Shown in pieces: positions 1-12,000 of a stretch of 64,000 nucleotides of DNA (the first letter of the stretch is position 1; each line of letters opens with the position of its first letter). The stretch covers positions 138,570 to 202,569 of the forward strand of contig CANQFD010000001.1 of assembly GCA_947598325.1 (NCBI GenBank). The letters run 5' to 3'. This stretch comes from an uncultured Bacilli bacterium. GTDB lineage: Bacteria > Bacillota_I > Bacilli_A > RF39 > UBA660. Both the position numbers and the translations under genes were made by a program. The notes under the pieces are model-generated. The model did no database searches, was not told where the DNA came from, and saw nothing but the letters and a program-made list of their open reading frames with translations.

Positions 1-1099
1 AATACGTTATAACATCAGTTAGTTTTGAACCTCCAATTTTTACTATGTAGGTACCTTGCCCGTATATTGTCCCTAGTTTTTTAGAATTATACATTAAATC
101 AACAGTTTTATCTGAATCCCAGCGAACTAATCCAATTGAACTTAAATTTGTCTCATTAGTTAAATATCCATTAGAATCTATTATTGTTTTGAAATTTTCT
201 GCTTCATATCCGCTAAATTTATAATCTGTAGATTGACCAATTGGAAATACTGGTATAAGAATAGGATTTTGTGGGTGACTTGTTGTACCAATTCGAAATT
301 GTCCCCATGGATCTCTACAGTAAGTTCCTAAGCAACTATAAATTTTTGTTGTTCCATCAACTGTGGAGACATTTCCATTTGATATATTTATTCCTTGTGT
401 TTCCATTTTAGAATAAATTTCACCTCCTAATATTGGATATATATAGAGACCTGACCTAGACCTAACAAATAATAATTGACTTTTTTCGAGACCTCCTAAA
501 TAATCTCTAAAAGTTAGAGTAGTCCCAGAACTTTCATCAGTACTTTCTATTGGATCAATCTTTTGACATTGAAAACCATCACAATCAACAGAAGCACCAT
601 TTGTTCCGTAATCTGTAAATGGAAAAGTATTTGGTTCATATAAATTAAATGCTTCTAAAGACTCTTGATATTTTTGTAATAGAGAACTTATATACTTATG
701 TTCATTGGTAGCTAGTCGTTTTGCTAACTTATCCATGTAATCTCTAGTTTCAAAATATAGGTACGCTGCTGCAACTGCTCTATCTAAATTAACTTTTCTA
801 TTATCAGCTCCAGCACCTCCAGTACCATCAGCAGTTAATAAAAAGGAAAATTCATAATCGTCTGGTTTTCTTATCTTAATCTCATTCCTATAAGGTGGAA
901 CTGTTCTTGAAATTAAAGCATTATAACTATCATCTAACCAATGTTTTCCTGCTGCTTTTGGCTTATCTACTACTAGTTTAATAGTAATACCTAGTGCTAG
1001 TACTAAAAATATCATTCCAATAATTAATATTTTCTTTTTATTTGTACTTAATTTGTGTTCTTCAATTTTTTTCTTAATAAAGTTTATCCTATCTCTCAT
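1..1099 (-). CDS. Secreted or membrane-anchored surface protein, N-terminal 366 codons only (runs off the window start; absent from the ORF track)
   Basis: Manual translation from ATG at 1099 gives MRDRINFIKKKIEEHKLSTNKKKILIIGMIFLVLALGITIKLVVDKPKAAG..., open to position 2. A basic N-terminus and one hydrophobic helix precede a Thr/Ser/Gly-rich region. Confidence 0.75.
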   Translation of the reverse strand, partial: MRDRINFIKKKIEEHKLSTNKKKILIIGMIFLVLALGITIKLVVDKPKAAGKHWLDDSYNALISRTVPPYRNEIKIRKPDDYEFSFLLTADGTGGAGADNRKVNLDRAVAAAYLYFETRDYMDKLAKRLATNEHKYISSLLQKYQESLEAFNLYEPNTFPFTDYGTNGASVDCDGFQCQKIDPIESTDESSGTTLTFRDYLGGLEKSQLLFVRSRSGLYIYPILGGEIYSKMETQGINISNGNVSTVDGTTKIYSCLGTYCRDPWGQFRIGTTSHPQNPILIPVFPIGQSTDYKFSGYEAENFKTIIDSNGYLTNETNLSSIGLVRWDSDKTVDLMYNSKKLGTIYGQGTYIVKIGGSKLTDVITY

Positions 1100-1222
1100 A
1101 TTATCATATCCTTACTATATTTTTAGTATATCTTTTTTTATTTTTTATGTCAACATGTTGATAACAAATCGCGTCAACTTTTGTATATTTATCATATAAT
1201 ATTTATATAAGGAGGTATATTA

Positions 1223-1537
1223 ATGTTTAATCCTAGTAATATGTACATGCCACTTAGATCACTTGCGCCACTTGCTAGAAAAGGTATAAACTGGGCAGGA
1301 CTACTTACTAATACTCAAAAAACCTTAAATATAGTAAATCAAGCTATACCACTTGTATATCAGGCAAAACCAATAATAAGTAATGCTAGAACAATGTTTA
1401 AAATAGCTAATGAATTTACTAAGAGTAATTCTAAGGGATCAAGTGTTAATAAAAGTAATAATATAAATGTTAGTAATAGTAATATTGAAAATAAAAGTTA
1501 TGATGATTCTGATAATCAACCATATTTTTTCATTTAA
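1223..1537 (+). CDS. VrrA/YqfQ-family protein
   Basis: Core INWAGLLTNTQKTLNIVNQAIPLVYQAKPIISNARTMFKI followed by a low-complexity Asn/Ser tail. GGAGG RBS. Lies near trmK, as yqfQ does in Bacillus. Confidence 0.6.
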   Translation: MFNPSNMYMPLRSLAPLARKGINWAGLLTNTQKTLNIVNQAIPLVYQAKPIISNARTMFKIANEFTKSNSKGSSVNKSNNINVSNSNIENKSYDDSDNQPYFFI

Positions 1538-1566
1538 AAAATCAAAGAATAACGTCTTTGATTTTT
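1536..1566. terminator. Bidirectional intrinsic terminator
   Basis: AAAAATCAAAGA-ataacg-TCTTTGATTTTT hairpin between convergent genes. Confidence 0.75.
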
Positions 1567-1738
1567 ATTTTAAAACTGTATAATGAAGAGTATATGGTTT
1601 TTCTTCTTTTTTACTTATATGACTTTTTTTATCTAAATTAGTTTTAATCTTTTTTTGTAATAATATAAGAAGTGTTGTATCAACAGTAGCTAAAACTAAT
1701 GATAGTTTTAATAATTCTAATTTTCTTTTTTTCTCCAT
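1565..1738 (-). CDS. Small hypothetical protein, 57 aa (absent from the ORF track)
   Basis: MEKKRKLELLKLSLVLATVDTTLLILLQKKIKTNLDKKSHISKKEEKPYTLHYTVLK. AGAGGA RBS, TTGCTT-17-TAGTAT promoter with extended TG, ends at the shared terminator. Confidence 0.55.
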   Translation of the reverse strand: MEKKRKLELLKLSLVLATVDTTLLILLQKKIKTNLDKKSHISKKEEKPYTLHYTVLK

Positions 1739-1796
1739 GTAAATTCCTCTTTTCTAGAAAATTATACTATCATATAACAATGTAAAAAGCAACTAT

Positions 1797-2489
1797 TTAT
1801 TTATTAATATTTTGGTACTCTAATTGTTTTTTTATCATTTTTATAAGTCTACTATGATGAATTTTTGCATATATTCCTGATTGTGGTAATTGAAGTAATA
1901 GATTTTCATACTTTAATAATTTTTTATTATAATATTCATAGAATAAATCATCTTTATTTTCTAATATTCTTGGTCCAAAATACATTTGTTCATATGTATA
2001 CTTTTCTTTTCCCTTTGTAAATTCTATTATGGTATATATTATTTCTTTTTCTTTTACCATTACTTCTCTTTCTATTTTATAACCAAGACTTATTACCATC
2101 TTTCTTAATTTAACAATATCAGTATTAGATTGAACAATTATTTTTTCAACACTTTCTAATTTATCTGTATCACTTAATATTTTTTTTATATTATTATATC
2201 CCATCCCAGATATGATAATAGTATCTATTTCATTTTTATTTACAACAGATAGACCATCTCCATATCTAAGATTTATTTTATCTTCTAAATTATATCTTTT
2301 TATATTATTCTTCGCTATTTTTATTGCACCCTCATGTATATCAGAAGCAATCACACTAACATTTTTAAAGTTTTGATATATATATATATCTAAAAGTGCA
2401 TGATCACAACCAATATCAATTATTTTTGAATTATCTGAAATAAATCCAGTTATTGCTTTTAATCTTTTTGAAATTCTCATATTAGTCAA
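1797..2489 (-). CDS. trmK: tRNA (adenine22-N1)-methyltransferase TrmK
   Basis: ISKRL...[21 protein letters not shown] and VQSN motifs; directly downstream of sigA. Confidence 0.9.
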   Translation of the reverse strand: MTNMRISKRLKAITGFISDNSKIIDIGCDHALLDIYIYQNFKNVSVIASDIHEGAIKIAKNNIKRYNLEDKINLRYGDGLSVVNKNEIDTIIISGMGYNNIKKILSDTDKLESVEKIIVQSNTDIVKLRKMVISLGYKIEREVMVKEKEIIYTIIEFTKGKEKYTYEQMYFGPRILENKDDLFYEYYNKKLLKYENLLLQLPQSGIYAKIHHSRLIKMIKKQLEYQNINK

Positions 2490-3570
2490 CCAAATAATCT
2501 TTTAACTTTCTACTTCTTGAAGGGTGGCGAAGTTTTCTTAGTGCTTTAGCTTCTATCTGTCTTATTCTTTCTCTTGTAACACCGAATATTGTTCCAACTT
2601 CTTCTAGAGTTCTACAAGTTCCATCTACAAGTCCAAATCTTAATTTTATTACTTGTTCTTCTCTTTCAGTTAATGTAAGAAGTAATTCTGATATTTCATC
2701 TTTTAATACCTCATTAATTGCATATTCTTCTGGACTTAATGAATTATCGTCTCTAACAAAGTCTCCAAGATGTGAATCCTCTTCTTCTCCAATTGGTGTT
2801 TCAAGTGATAGTGGATCAAGTGATATTTTAATTATTTCTCTTACCTTTTCTTCTGTTATATTAAGTTCTTTTGCAAGTTCCTCTTCTGTTGGTTCTCTAT
2901 CTAATTCTAATGTTAATTGTCTTTGTACTCTCTTTAGTTTATTTATTGTTTCAACCATATGTACTGGAACTCTTATTGTTTTTGCTTGATCAGCGATTGC
3001 TCTTGTTATAGCTTGTCTAATCCACCAAGTTGCATATGTTGAAAATTTATATCCTTTTGATGAATCAAATTTATCAACGGCTTTCATAAGTCCTATATTT
3101 CCTTCTTGTATAAGATCTAAAAATGATAAATTTCTACCTACATATCTTTTTGCTATTGAAACAACTAATCTTAAATTTGATTCAGCAAGAATTGCTTTGG
3201 CTTCTTCATCACCTTCTTCAATTCTTTTAGAAAGTTCTAATTCTTCTTCTAATGATAAAAGACTTATTCTACCTATTTCTTTTAAATACATTCTAACAGG
3301 GTCATTTATACTTAAATTTTTTGGAAGAGATTCTTCATCTAAATCAAAATCTCCATCACTAGCTTCATCATCTGAATCATCTGGTTCACCTTCCGCTACT
3401 ACTTCTATATTGTTATCATGAAATGCATTATAAAGTTCATCTAAACTTTCTGTATCCATCTCAAGATCTTTTAAACACTCTGCAAGTTCTTCAAATGTTA
3501 AAAATCCTTGTTTTTTACCTTTTTCTAATAATTCCTTTTTTCTTTGTTCAAATGTTTTAATCTCTTTCAT
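2482..3570 (-). CDS. rpoD: Primary sigma factor SigA (RpoD)
   Basis: [56 protein letters not shown] and [20 protein letters not shown]. Confidence 0.98.
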   Translation of the reverse strand: MKEIKTFEQRKKELLEKGKKQGFLTFEELAECLKDLEMDTESLDELYNAFHDNNIEVVAEGEPDDSDDEASDGDFDLDEESLPKNLSINDPVRMYLKEIGRISLLSLEEELELSKRIEEGDEEAKAILAESNLRLVVSIAKRYVGRNLSFLDLIQEGNIGLMKAVDKFDSSKGYKFSTYATWWIRQAITRAIADQAKTIRVPVHMVETINKLKRVQRQLTLELDREPTEEELAKELNITEEKVREIIKISLDPLSLETPIGEEEDSHLGDFVRDDNSLSPEEYAINEVLKDEISELLLTLTEREEQVIKLRFGLVDGTCRTLEEVGTIFGVTRERIRQIEAKALRKLRHPSRSRKLKDYLVD

Positions 3571-3571
3571 A

Positions 3572-5302
3572 TTACATACTCTCCTTTAGTTTTATTTCTA
3601 CAATTTTTTTTGCTATTTCTTTTCTTTTTATTTCATTTGATGTACTCTTTAGTTCATTTTGAAGATTATTTATTTTTGTACTAGATAAATATTCCTTTAT
3701 TGTTTTAAAATAACTTTGTAAATCATTTTCATTTTCACAAATTAATAAATCCATACTATCTATTTCAATTAGCAAATTAATTAATTCTTTTTTATCACCT
3801 AAATAAACAATAAAATCATTTAAATTAAAGCTATTAAATTTTTTATAAAAAAGAACTATTTCATTAGCTAATTTTCTATCTATTTCATTTGGTAAAAATG
3901 ATAAATTGTCAAAATAATATAATATATAATTATTATTTTTTATCATATTATAAATAATATATTTTGAAGCTTTATTATATTTATCACCCTTACCTGATTT
4001 AATTTTATATCTATTTACTATTATGTCTTTTTTCTTAACATTTATTTTTGAATTTAATACTTCTATAGAAACATTAGTTAGTTTAGATAATTTAGATATT
4101 TCTAAATTTCTAACTATGTCATCATCTATATTTTCTATTTCTTTTAGTGACAAATTAATATATTTTGATACATCCTGACTATTATTAAAATCAATATTTT
4201 TTTTATAACTTTCCATTTTATAATCAAATACACTAACTGCGTGTTTTAAATGATATATCATTTTATCTTTACCATTTTTTAATATATATTCATCAGGATC
4301 ATAGTTGTTTTCTAATCTTACTATTTTTAAACATTCATAATTACCAAATAATTCTATAAAAGATTTTGTCGCTTTATCACCAGCATCATCTCCATCAAAC
4401 ATAACAATTATTTCTTTAGCAAGTCTTTTTATTAGACTTATTTGTTCTTTTGTTACTGCGGTTCCCATAGTAGCTACTACATTATTTATACCTATGGTGC
4501 TAAGTCTTATAACGTCCATAAATCCTTCTACTATAATTATTGATTGATTTTTTCTTGCTTCTTTTTTAGCATTATGATAGTTATAAAGAAGATTTCCTTT
4601 TTTAAATATTTTTGTTTCCATTGTATTAATATATTTACTCTCATCTACATCTTCATATATTCTTCCTGAAAAAGCAACTATATTTCCCTGTAAATCTGTT
4701 AATGGAAACATAATTCTATTTTTATATAAATCATGTATATAATTATTATTTTTAATACATACACCAGATTCTAAAATATCTTCTTCAGTAAATCCTTTAT
4801 TTTTTAAAATATTTATAAGTTCATTATTTGTAGTAGAAAGACCTATATTAAATTTTTGAATTATATCATCATTTATTTTTCTATTTTTTAAGTATAATTT
4901 AGCTTTCTTACCATATGAAGTATTTAAATTATTTTGATATACTTTAGAAGATATATCATATATATCATATAATGGTGATTTTATAATTTTAGTTTTATCT
5001 TCATTATCAATAGAAATATTTATACCTATTTTATTTGCTACTACTTTAACTGCTTCAAAGTAAGATACTTTTTCATATTCAGAAACAAAGTTAAATACAT
5101 TCCCAGCTGCTCCACAAACAAAACATTTATACATTTGTTTTTCACTTGATACACTCATAGACGGATTATGATCATCGTGAAATGGACATATTCCAAAATA
5201 ATTTTTTCCTTTTTTTGTTAAGGCAACATAGTCTTGTACTATATCTTCTATTTTTACTTTTCTTTGAATACTAAGTATCTCTTCATAAGAAATATTAGTC
5301 AT
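3572..5302 (-). CDS. dnaG: DNA primase (likely start MTNISY at 5302; ORF open from 5365)
   Basis: CHC2 zinc finger [10 protein letters not shown]...CFVC, NRIMFP, SKYINT, TOPRIM VEGFMDV and FDGDDAG; in a dnaG-sigA operon. Confidence 0.97.
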   Translation of the reverse strand: MTNISYEEILSIQRKVKIEDIVQDYVALTKKGKNYFGICPFHDDHNPSMSVSSEKQMYKCFVCGAAGNVFNFVSEYEKVSYFEAVKVVANKIGINISIDNEDKTKIIKSPLYDIYDISSKVYQNNLNTSYGKKAKLYLKNRKINDDIIQKFNIGLSTTNNELINILKNKGFTEEDILESGVCIKNNNYIHDLYKNRIMFPLTDLQGNIVAFSGRIYEDVDESKYINTMETKIFKKGNLLYNYHNAKKEARKNQSIIIVEGFMDVIRLSTIGINNVVATMGTAVTKEQISLIKRLAKEIIVMFDGDDAGDKATKSFIELFGNYECLKIVRLENNYDPDEYILKNGKDKMIYHLKHAVSVFDYKMESYKKNIDFNNSQDVSKYINLSLKEIENIDDDIVRNLEISKLSKLTNVSIEVLNSKINVKKKDIIVNRYKIKSGKGDKYNKASKYIIYNMIKNNNYILYYFDNLSFLPNEIDRKLANEIVLFYKKFNSFNLNDFIVYLGDKKELINLLIEIDSMDLLICENENDLQSYFKTIKEYLSSTKINNLQNELKSTSNEIKRKEIAKKIVEIKLKESM

Positions 5303-5431
5303 TGAAAAACCACTTCCAAAGTATATATTCTCCATTTTTTTATAAAAATCCACTATAATCTGCAAAAAAGTTTCATTTTTTACATAATTTAGTAAAATTT
5401 ACATTATATTTATTAAGAAGGTGAAACAAAA

Positions 5432-5968
5432 ATGAATGTAAAAAAAATAAAAATATTATCTACTATTTGTATATTTCTTTTAAGTTTTATAACTCATTAT
5501 GGGTATGATATTTTTCCAAATGTAGTAACATCCATCTTCTTTCCTGTAAATGAATCTATCTTTGAACACATGAAAATGATATTTACAAGTTATATTTTAT
5601 TTAGCTTTTTTGAATATATTTTATTAAAGAAATATACAAATAATACTAAAAACTTTAAAGGTTCTTTATTTTTATCTTTATTATTTAATATAGTTTTTTT
5701 CTTAATTATATATATACCTATTTATAATATTTTTGGTCATAATTTAATTATGACATTAATAATTTATTTTATAAGTATTATGGTATCTCAAATTATAAGT
5801 TATATAATTTTAATTACAAATAAGAATATAGACAAAATTAATAAATATTCATATTTTCTTATATTTATATTATTACTTATATTAATATATTTAACGTATT
5901 TTCCTATAAAAAATGATTTATTTATTGATAAAAATAAAAATATGATTGGGCTTAATAACTATTATTAA
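5432..5968 (+). CDS. Multi-pass membrane protein, DUF6512-like
   Basis: About five hydrophobic helices and an H...FFPVNESIFEHMK motif. Confidence 0.55.
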   Translation: MNVKKIKILSTICIFLLSFITHYGYDIFPNVVTSIFFPVNESIFEHMKMIFTSYILFSFFEYILLKKYTNNTKNFKGSLFLSLLFNIVFFLIIYIPIYNIFGHNLIMTLIIYFISIMVSQIISYIILITNKNIDKINKYSYFLIFILLLILIYLTYFPIKNDLFIDKNKNMIGLNNYY

Positions 5969-5987
5969 ATAATATAATAGTAACATA

Positions 5988-6020
5988 AAAATCTACACGT
6001 TTTTATTTCGTGTAGATTTT
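5988..6020. terminator. Bidirectional intrinsic terminator
   Basis: AAAATCTACACG-9 nt-CGTGTAGATTTT between convergent genes. Confidence 0.8.
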
Positions 6021-6030
6021 CTTATTAGAA

Positions 6031-9000
6031 CTACTCTTTATCTATTTTTTTATTTACTACTACTAATGATAGAATTACTAATATTAAAATTAAGAATACT
6101 AAGAATAAATTTCTTACAATTATTCCTGTTTGGATACTTGTTATTACTAGTGCTTCAGCACTTGATAATATATCTGATTTATTTTTATAATTTTCTTTTA
6201 TGTTACCAACTAAATTACCATTATCTTCTACTTTGAAAATTAATTCATTTTTATTATCATCAATTAATCTATAGTCACCTTTTCCTATGTTATTTAAATA
6301 TATTTTTCCATTTATTGGTTTCATATCATAGTTTTTACTATTTTCGTTTATGACATATCTTCCAACATCTTCTAATAATTCGTCAACACCTAAGGTTATA
6401 TACTCATTATTTTTATAAATTTGTAATTTATAATTATTTATTAATGATAAGTTATCTCCATTATCCATCATACTTAGTATTAAATTTTTTGAATAGTTAG
6501 ATTCATCATTAGCATTAAGAAGTTTTTTTATACTAGCTAGTAATCCTTCTGGAACTGCTCCATCTAGAATATTAAATTGTCCTTCTCCAGTTATTGAAAA
6601 TTCTCCTTTATTAAAGTTAAATGAATTAGTGTAAAAATTAATTATTTTCCCGCTTGGAACAACTATATTGCTTTCAAGAGTATAATCTGCATAAAGTACC
6701 ATATTAGTTGTATCATTTTCTGGGGCTGCATTTACTGCATCTTGTAAGTTTGTATAGTTTATTCCTCCAGATACTATTACTTTTTGAACATCACCATCTG
6801 CAATTAATGTTATAGTATCGTAATCATCTATTACACTTCTACTTAGTTTATAGTAATCTGGAATATTAACAATTCTAGCTATATCATCTATTGCAACGCT
6901 TCCTTTTATAACTCCATCATAGAAATTTACTGTATAAGTAGAATAACTTGAACTTGATAAAGATATGCCTCCTGTTATTTCTGGTGTAGTTGGACTAACA
7001 TCTTGATCATTTACTCCTAATGTAAGATTTGATTGTCCTAATTCTACTTTATTAATTGATCCTCCTGTTACTAGTATTTCCTCTACTGAATTTGCTACTA
7101 ATTTAGTCATAATTAATCCTGAAGTCATTTTTATATTATTAATTCTAGAATATTCTGTTTTTAAAGTTCCAATAGTTGCGCCGCTTATTATACAATTAAC
7201 ATTTTTATATGAGCTATCTTTATTTTCAGCTGCTTCAAAATTAGTAATTGTTCCTCCATTAAGAATATAAGTACTTTCACCTGTTATAGATCCAACTATA
7301 TTAAATTTATTAACAGTGCCTCCATCAATTTGATAATAGCTTCCTTTAGTATATAAATTTTTAATAATACCATCATTATTTATTGATATAGAAAGATCAT
7401 CTGCTCTTGATGTTGTTTCATCATATAATGAATCAACAGTACCTCCAGTTATTGTTACTTTTCCATCATTATTTAGTGCATAATTTTTTGAATAATCATC
7501 AAAAATACTTTTTTCTCTTGTACTTAATCCATTATAACTTAAATCTGCTGTTTCTATAAGTGCATTTTCTGTAACTAAAACTGTACCTGATTTATTATTT
7601 TTAACTCCGTAATAGCTTGAATATTCTGCAAAACTACCTGTTTCTGTATAATCACTTATAGTGTCTTCTTTTATTCCATTTAAACGTCCATCAACTTTAC
7701 CACCTGATATATTAAGAATTCCAAAATTATCAATACCAATTGATTCATTAGAAATTAATTCATAAGATGGACTTATAGTTTCTGTTATATTATATGAATA
7801 GTTAATTATATTACCAGATTTTAGGTTATATGTTGCTCTTTCATTATTTTTTACACTAATGGTTCCATAAGTATTATTATTGCCTTGTATATTACCTGAG
7901 TTTTGATTAACTTCCCCATTATTTACAATTCCAATTGTTAATGAATTTATAGTAATATTTGAATTTTCAATTGTAAATTGTCCATTATTTATTATTGCTT
8001 GTGTATTTTTATTAAGAGTATTTAATGTGATATTTTCAAAAGTCATATTATTATTATTTAAAACTGGATTTTGTGATTGTGAATTAAATACTGTATTTTT
8101 AAGTACTACTGTTCCATTATTTTCAATAAAGTTATTAATTGAATTAGAAATATTATAATTATCAAAATCAACTGTAACATTTAAATCTCTAGGTATTTGA
8201 ATTTGTTCTGTAAAATCTGTTAAATCATTTCTAAATTTTAATGTATGATTTTGTAAACCTTTAGAAACTAAATCCTGTATTGCAGAAGCAAATGTTAAAT
8301 ATATTTCATTAGTTTCTATATCATAAACTATTCCTGGTGAGTATTCTATCGTAGAAACATATTTACTACCATCCATATCTGTTTTTAATTTATAATCTTT
8401 TTTAGTAAATATCTTTTTTGAATCTACTACTATTCCTGGTTCATTATCATTTTTTACAACACCATCATAGAAATATAATTCTCCAGTAGTTGAGCAGTCT
8501 ATTTTTCCATTAATTTCAGGTGTTACTACGCTAACATCATCATTATCTACTCCTAGAGTAAGTTTAGAATCATAACCATTGTTATTAATATTTCCTATTA
8601 TAGTAGCATCTTCTATAGTCATTTCTTTATTATTAGTGATATTACCTGTTACTGATGAATTTCCTTTTAAAGTTACATTATAGTAATCATTATTTACTAT
8701 ATTACCATTAATTGTTGTATTATTGATAGTTGTATATATAGGGTTATCTAGTATATCTCCAGATAAATTAACGTCCCCTGTTATTGAAGAACCACTTATA
8801 TTAAAGCCTCTTCCTTCTATTTTAGAATTTATTGTTGAGCTATCAGCTGTAAATTGATTTTTACTATAAATTGAATTATAAGCTTCTAATGTACCAGAAT
8901 TCATATTAACAGTTCCATCATTTTCAATAGAATAGTATTTTTTACCTAATGTGTCTTTTTGAACTTTTGAATATTGGAAGTCTTTAAAGACTGTTGGTTT

Positions 9001-12000
9001 AAGTTCGCTACTAGTATAATTTTTAAAAGTAATTTGACCATTACTAGCATTATAAATATCTCTTGAGCAAATGCTATCAATAAGAAGTTTCTCTGTATAT
9101 ACAACCTTTCCATCTTCCATATGCCCTTCTGAAGATCGAACAGTAAATGATAAATATGATCTATTTTGAAAATTTATTTTTTCTATATTCAATATACCAC
9201 TATTATTTATTCCAGTAGATGTTATATTACCTATTTCAGTAGGTGTTGATGAAGATGAAGATCCACGATTTCCAATAACTGAAGTTCTAAATGTACCATC
9301 ATTTACTTCTAATGTACCTGAATTATTAATTGCACTACGTTCTATTTTCTTATTTCTATCTGTATTGGATGTAATATTATGAATTGCATATGATGAATAT
9401 GTTCCACCATTTATTGTAATTTTTCCTGAATTTGTTATAAATGGATCTGCTGAAGCAGTACCATTTGATAAATCATTAAATGTACCCTTCTCAATAGTTA
9501 ATGTTCCTGGTTGAACATTAGTAATTTTTGTATTAAATGTTCCTGTTGTAATACTCATTTGACCTGAATTTGTAATAGAATGATCTATATTTGCATTTGA
9601 AATGTTAAATGTTGCATCTTCATTATTTATTATTTCTGCATCTCCAGATGTCATATTAACTATACCTGAATTTGTTATAGTGTAATCATCACCAGAATAT
9701 GTTAATGTTGCCTCTTTGTTATTAGTTAATTCTTCACCTTTACTACTTATTACAGTCATTTCTTTGCTATTATTAATAACTGGCACAGTATCTGAATTAA
9801 ATTTTGCATTCCCTAAATTTTCAACTCTTCCTGTATATGTAGTACTATTTGAATTAATAATTCCTCTTTCATTATTTTTTATAGCTATATCTGAACTAGA
9901 AATTGTTGTTCCAACTCTTGTATTGAATGTACCATTATTTTCAAGAAATTTTGCATTTTCACCAGTAATTGTATAAGTACCATTAGTAATAGTTAATGTA
10001 CCATTGTTTTCAAATAATGATGAGATATCTGTACCTGTTATTTGACCATTTGTAAAGGTTACTGTTCCATTTACAATAAATAATTTATCAGCTGTTGTTT
10101 TTATTTCTTTATTATTTAAATCAATAGTTAAATTTTTAATACTTATAGGTATTTCTATACTACTTTGATCTCCATCAAATACCCGATTTGATATTAGTTT
10201 AATTGTTTCATTTTCTAGATTTTCTCTTGTTATATATTCTAATGCTTCTTCCAAGGTTTTATATTTTGAGTGATCAGATAGAATTTCATAATTTGATGTT
10301 GATTCTAATTCTATAGTTTCATATGATGTTTCTCTATCTACAGTTCTTTTAATTGCAAAGTCATCAGGAGTTTTGATATTTATATCATCTCCTATATATG
10401 CAGGATTACCAGTTATTAATCCATCATATAAATTTACTGTTCCTGTATTATTAACAGTTCCATATATTTTTGGTTTAGATACATCAACATCTGAATCATC
10501 ATTTCCTATACTTAGTGTACGTGTATTTTTAATTACTGTTATATCTTTTATATCACTATTTATAGTAAAATCATTTATTTGATATGTTCCATTATTTTCT
10601 ACACCAATACTTGATTTAACAGTCATTGATCCACCAGACATTTTTAATGTACCATTATTAATAATTTTTCCTTCATTAATAATAAGTGTACCATTACTAA
10701 TATTTAAAATACCATTTACAGTAATATTTGAATCAATTGTATAATTATGACTTGATAAATTAAGTGTAAATTCTTTTACTGCTTCGTCATTAGGAATAGT
10801 TATATTTCCATCATCAGAATATGCATATTCATCATTAGTAATTTCAATTATAGGCTTATCTATTCTTTGATTACTGTGATTTTGATTTTGTGATATTTCA
10901 AAATCTATTGCTTCTTGAAGAGTATAAAATTCTTTCCATTGTAATTGATCAACTGAATCTTTATATTGTGCTCTAACACCTTGTGGTGCCTTTATTAAAC
11001 TTAAACTATTATTTTCATTATTTAAAACATATCTCTTTCTTATTTTTTCAGGATTATTTCCTTTTAATGGGTTACGCATATTTGATATATGTCCATTATA
11101 AAATTGTAGATTTCCTTTATTATTAATACCTGTATTTCCTGAATAAGCTGTCCCACCAGAAATTGTTTTTATTGTTGGTACATCACTAACTTCAATATCA
11201 GGTGAACCTAATATTAATGTTGCATTTTCATTATTTAAAACTGCAAGAGGTGTTGCATTCTTTGTTTCATAAGTTCCCCCTAGTAATTTAAGAATTCCAT
11301 TATTATTAATTATAGGTTCATCTCCTGTATAGCTATATTTATATTTATCAGCGTTTATAATTATACTTTGATTATTAGATATAACTATATTATCAGTTGC
11401 TACTATATCACATAAAAGATTTATAGTTACAGGTATAATTTCATGGTCTTCATCTGGAACCTTACCAACTGAAATATTTTGTGGTCCAGTCACAGGTTGT
11501 TTTCCTAAAACTAGATTTCTTACATGCATTTTTGCTTCATTTGAATAATTAGAAAAATATATATGTAAATAATATGTTGATCCTCCTGTTACTGTAGTTT
11601 GATATGTTGCATAATCCTTTGTTCCAGAAATACTTGCAAATCTTGAAGAAGAATCACTTGTACTTGGAACTGCATTTGATGAAGTTATATATGCATATGA
11701 CTTATCAGATGAACTATATTCTCCAACAGTACTTATGTCTAATGATATTGGTATAATATCTTCTTCTGTATAATTTGTATAATCTAATTCTAGATAAGCA
11801 GAAGATTCATCTGTCCTAGATGTTGAATTTGAAATTAATTCATTACCTACTAGATCAAATCCAAATGTTCCAGAAGTTACAAAGTTTGGAAAATATGAAT
11901 CTTCGTATTTATCTTTTAGTACAACGTTATTTACTGTATCTATAGCATCTTTTAAAGATGTATATTTATCATCACCTATTTGGGCAACATAATTTTTTCC

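Noticed and set aside
1150-1161. 12-bp palindrome TCAACATGTTGA in the divergent promoter region
   Set aside because: A single copy with no recognised regulator consensus or nearby regulator gene; not enough support.
5370-5400. TTATGTAAA resembling the XerD arm of a dif site
   Set aside because: No XerC arm at the correct spacing; it lies in the AT-rich dnaG promoter region.
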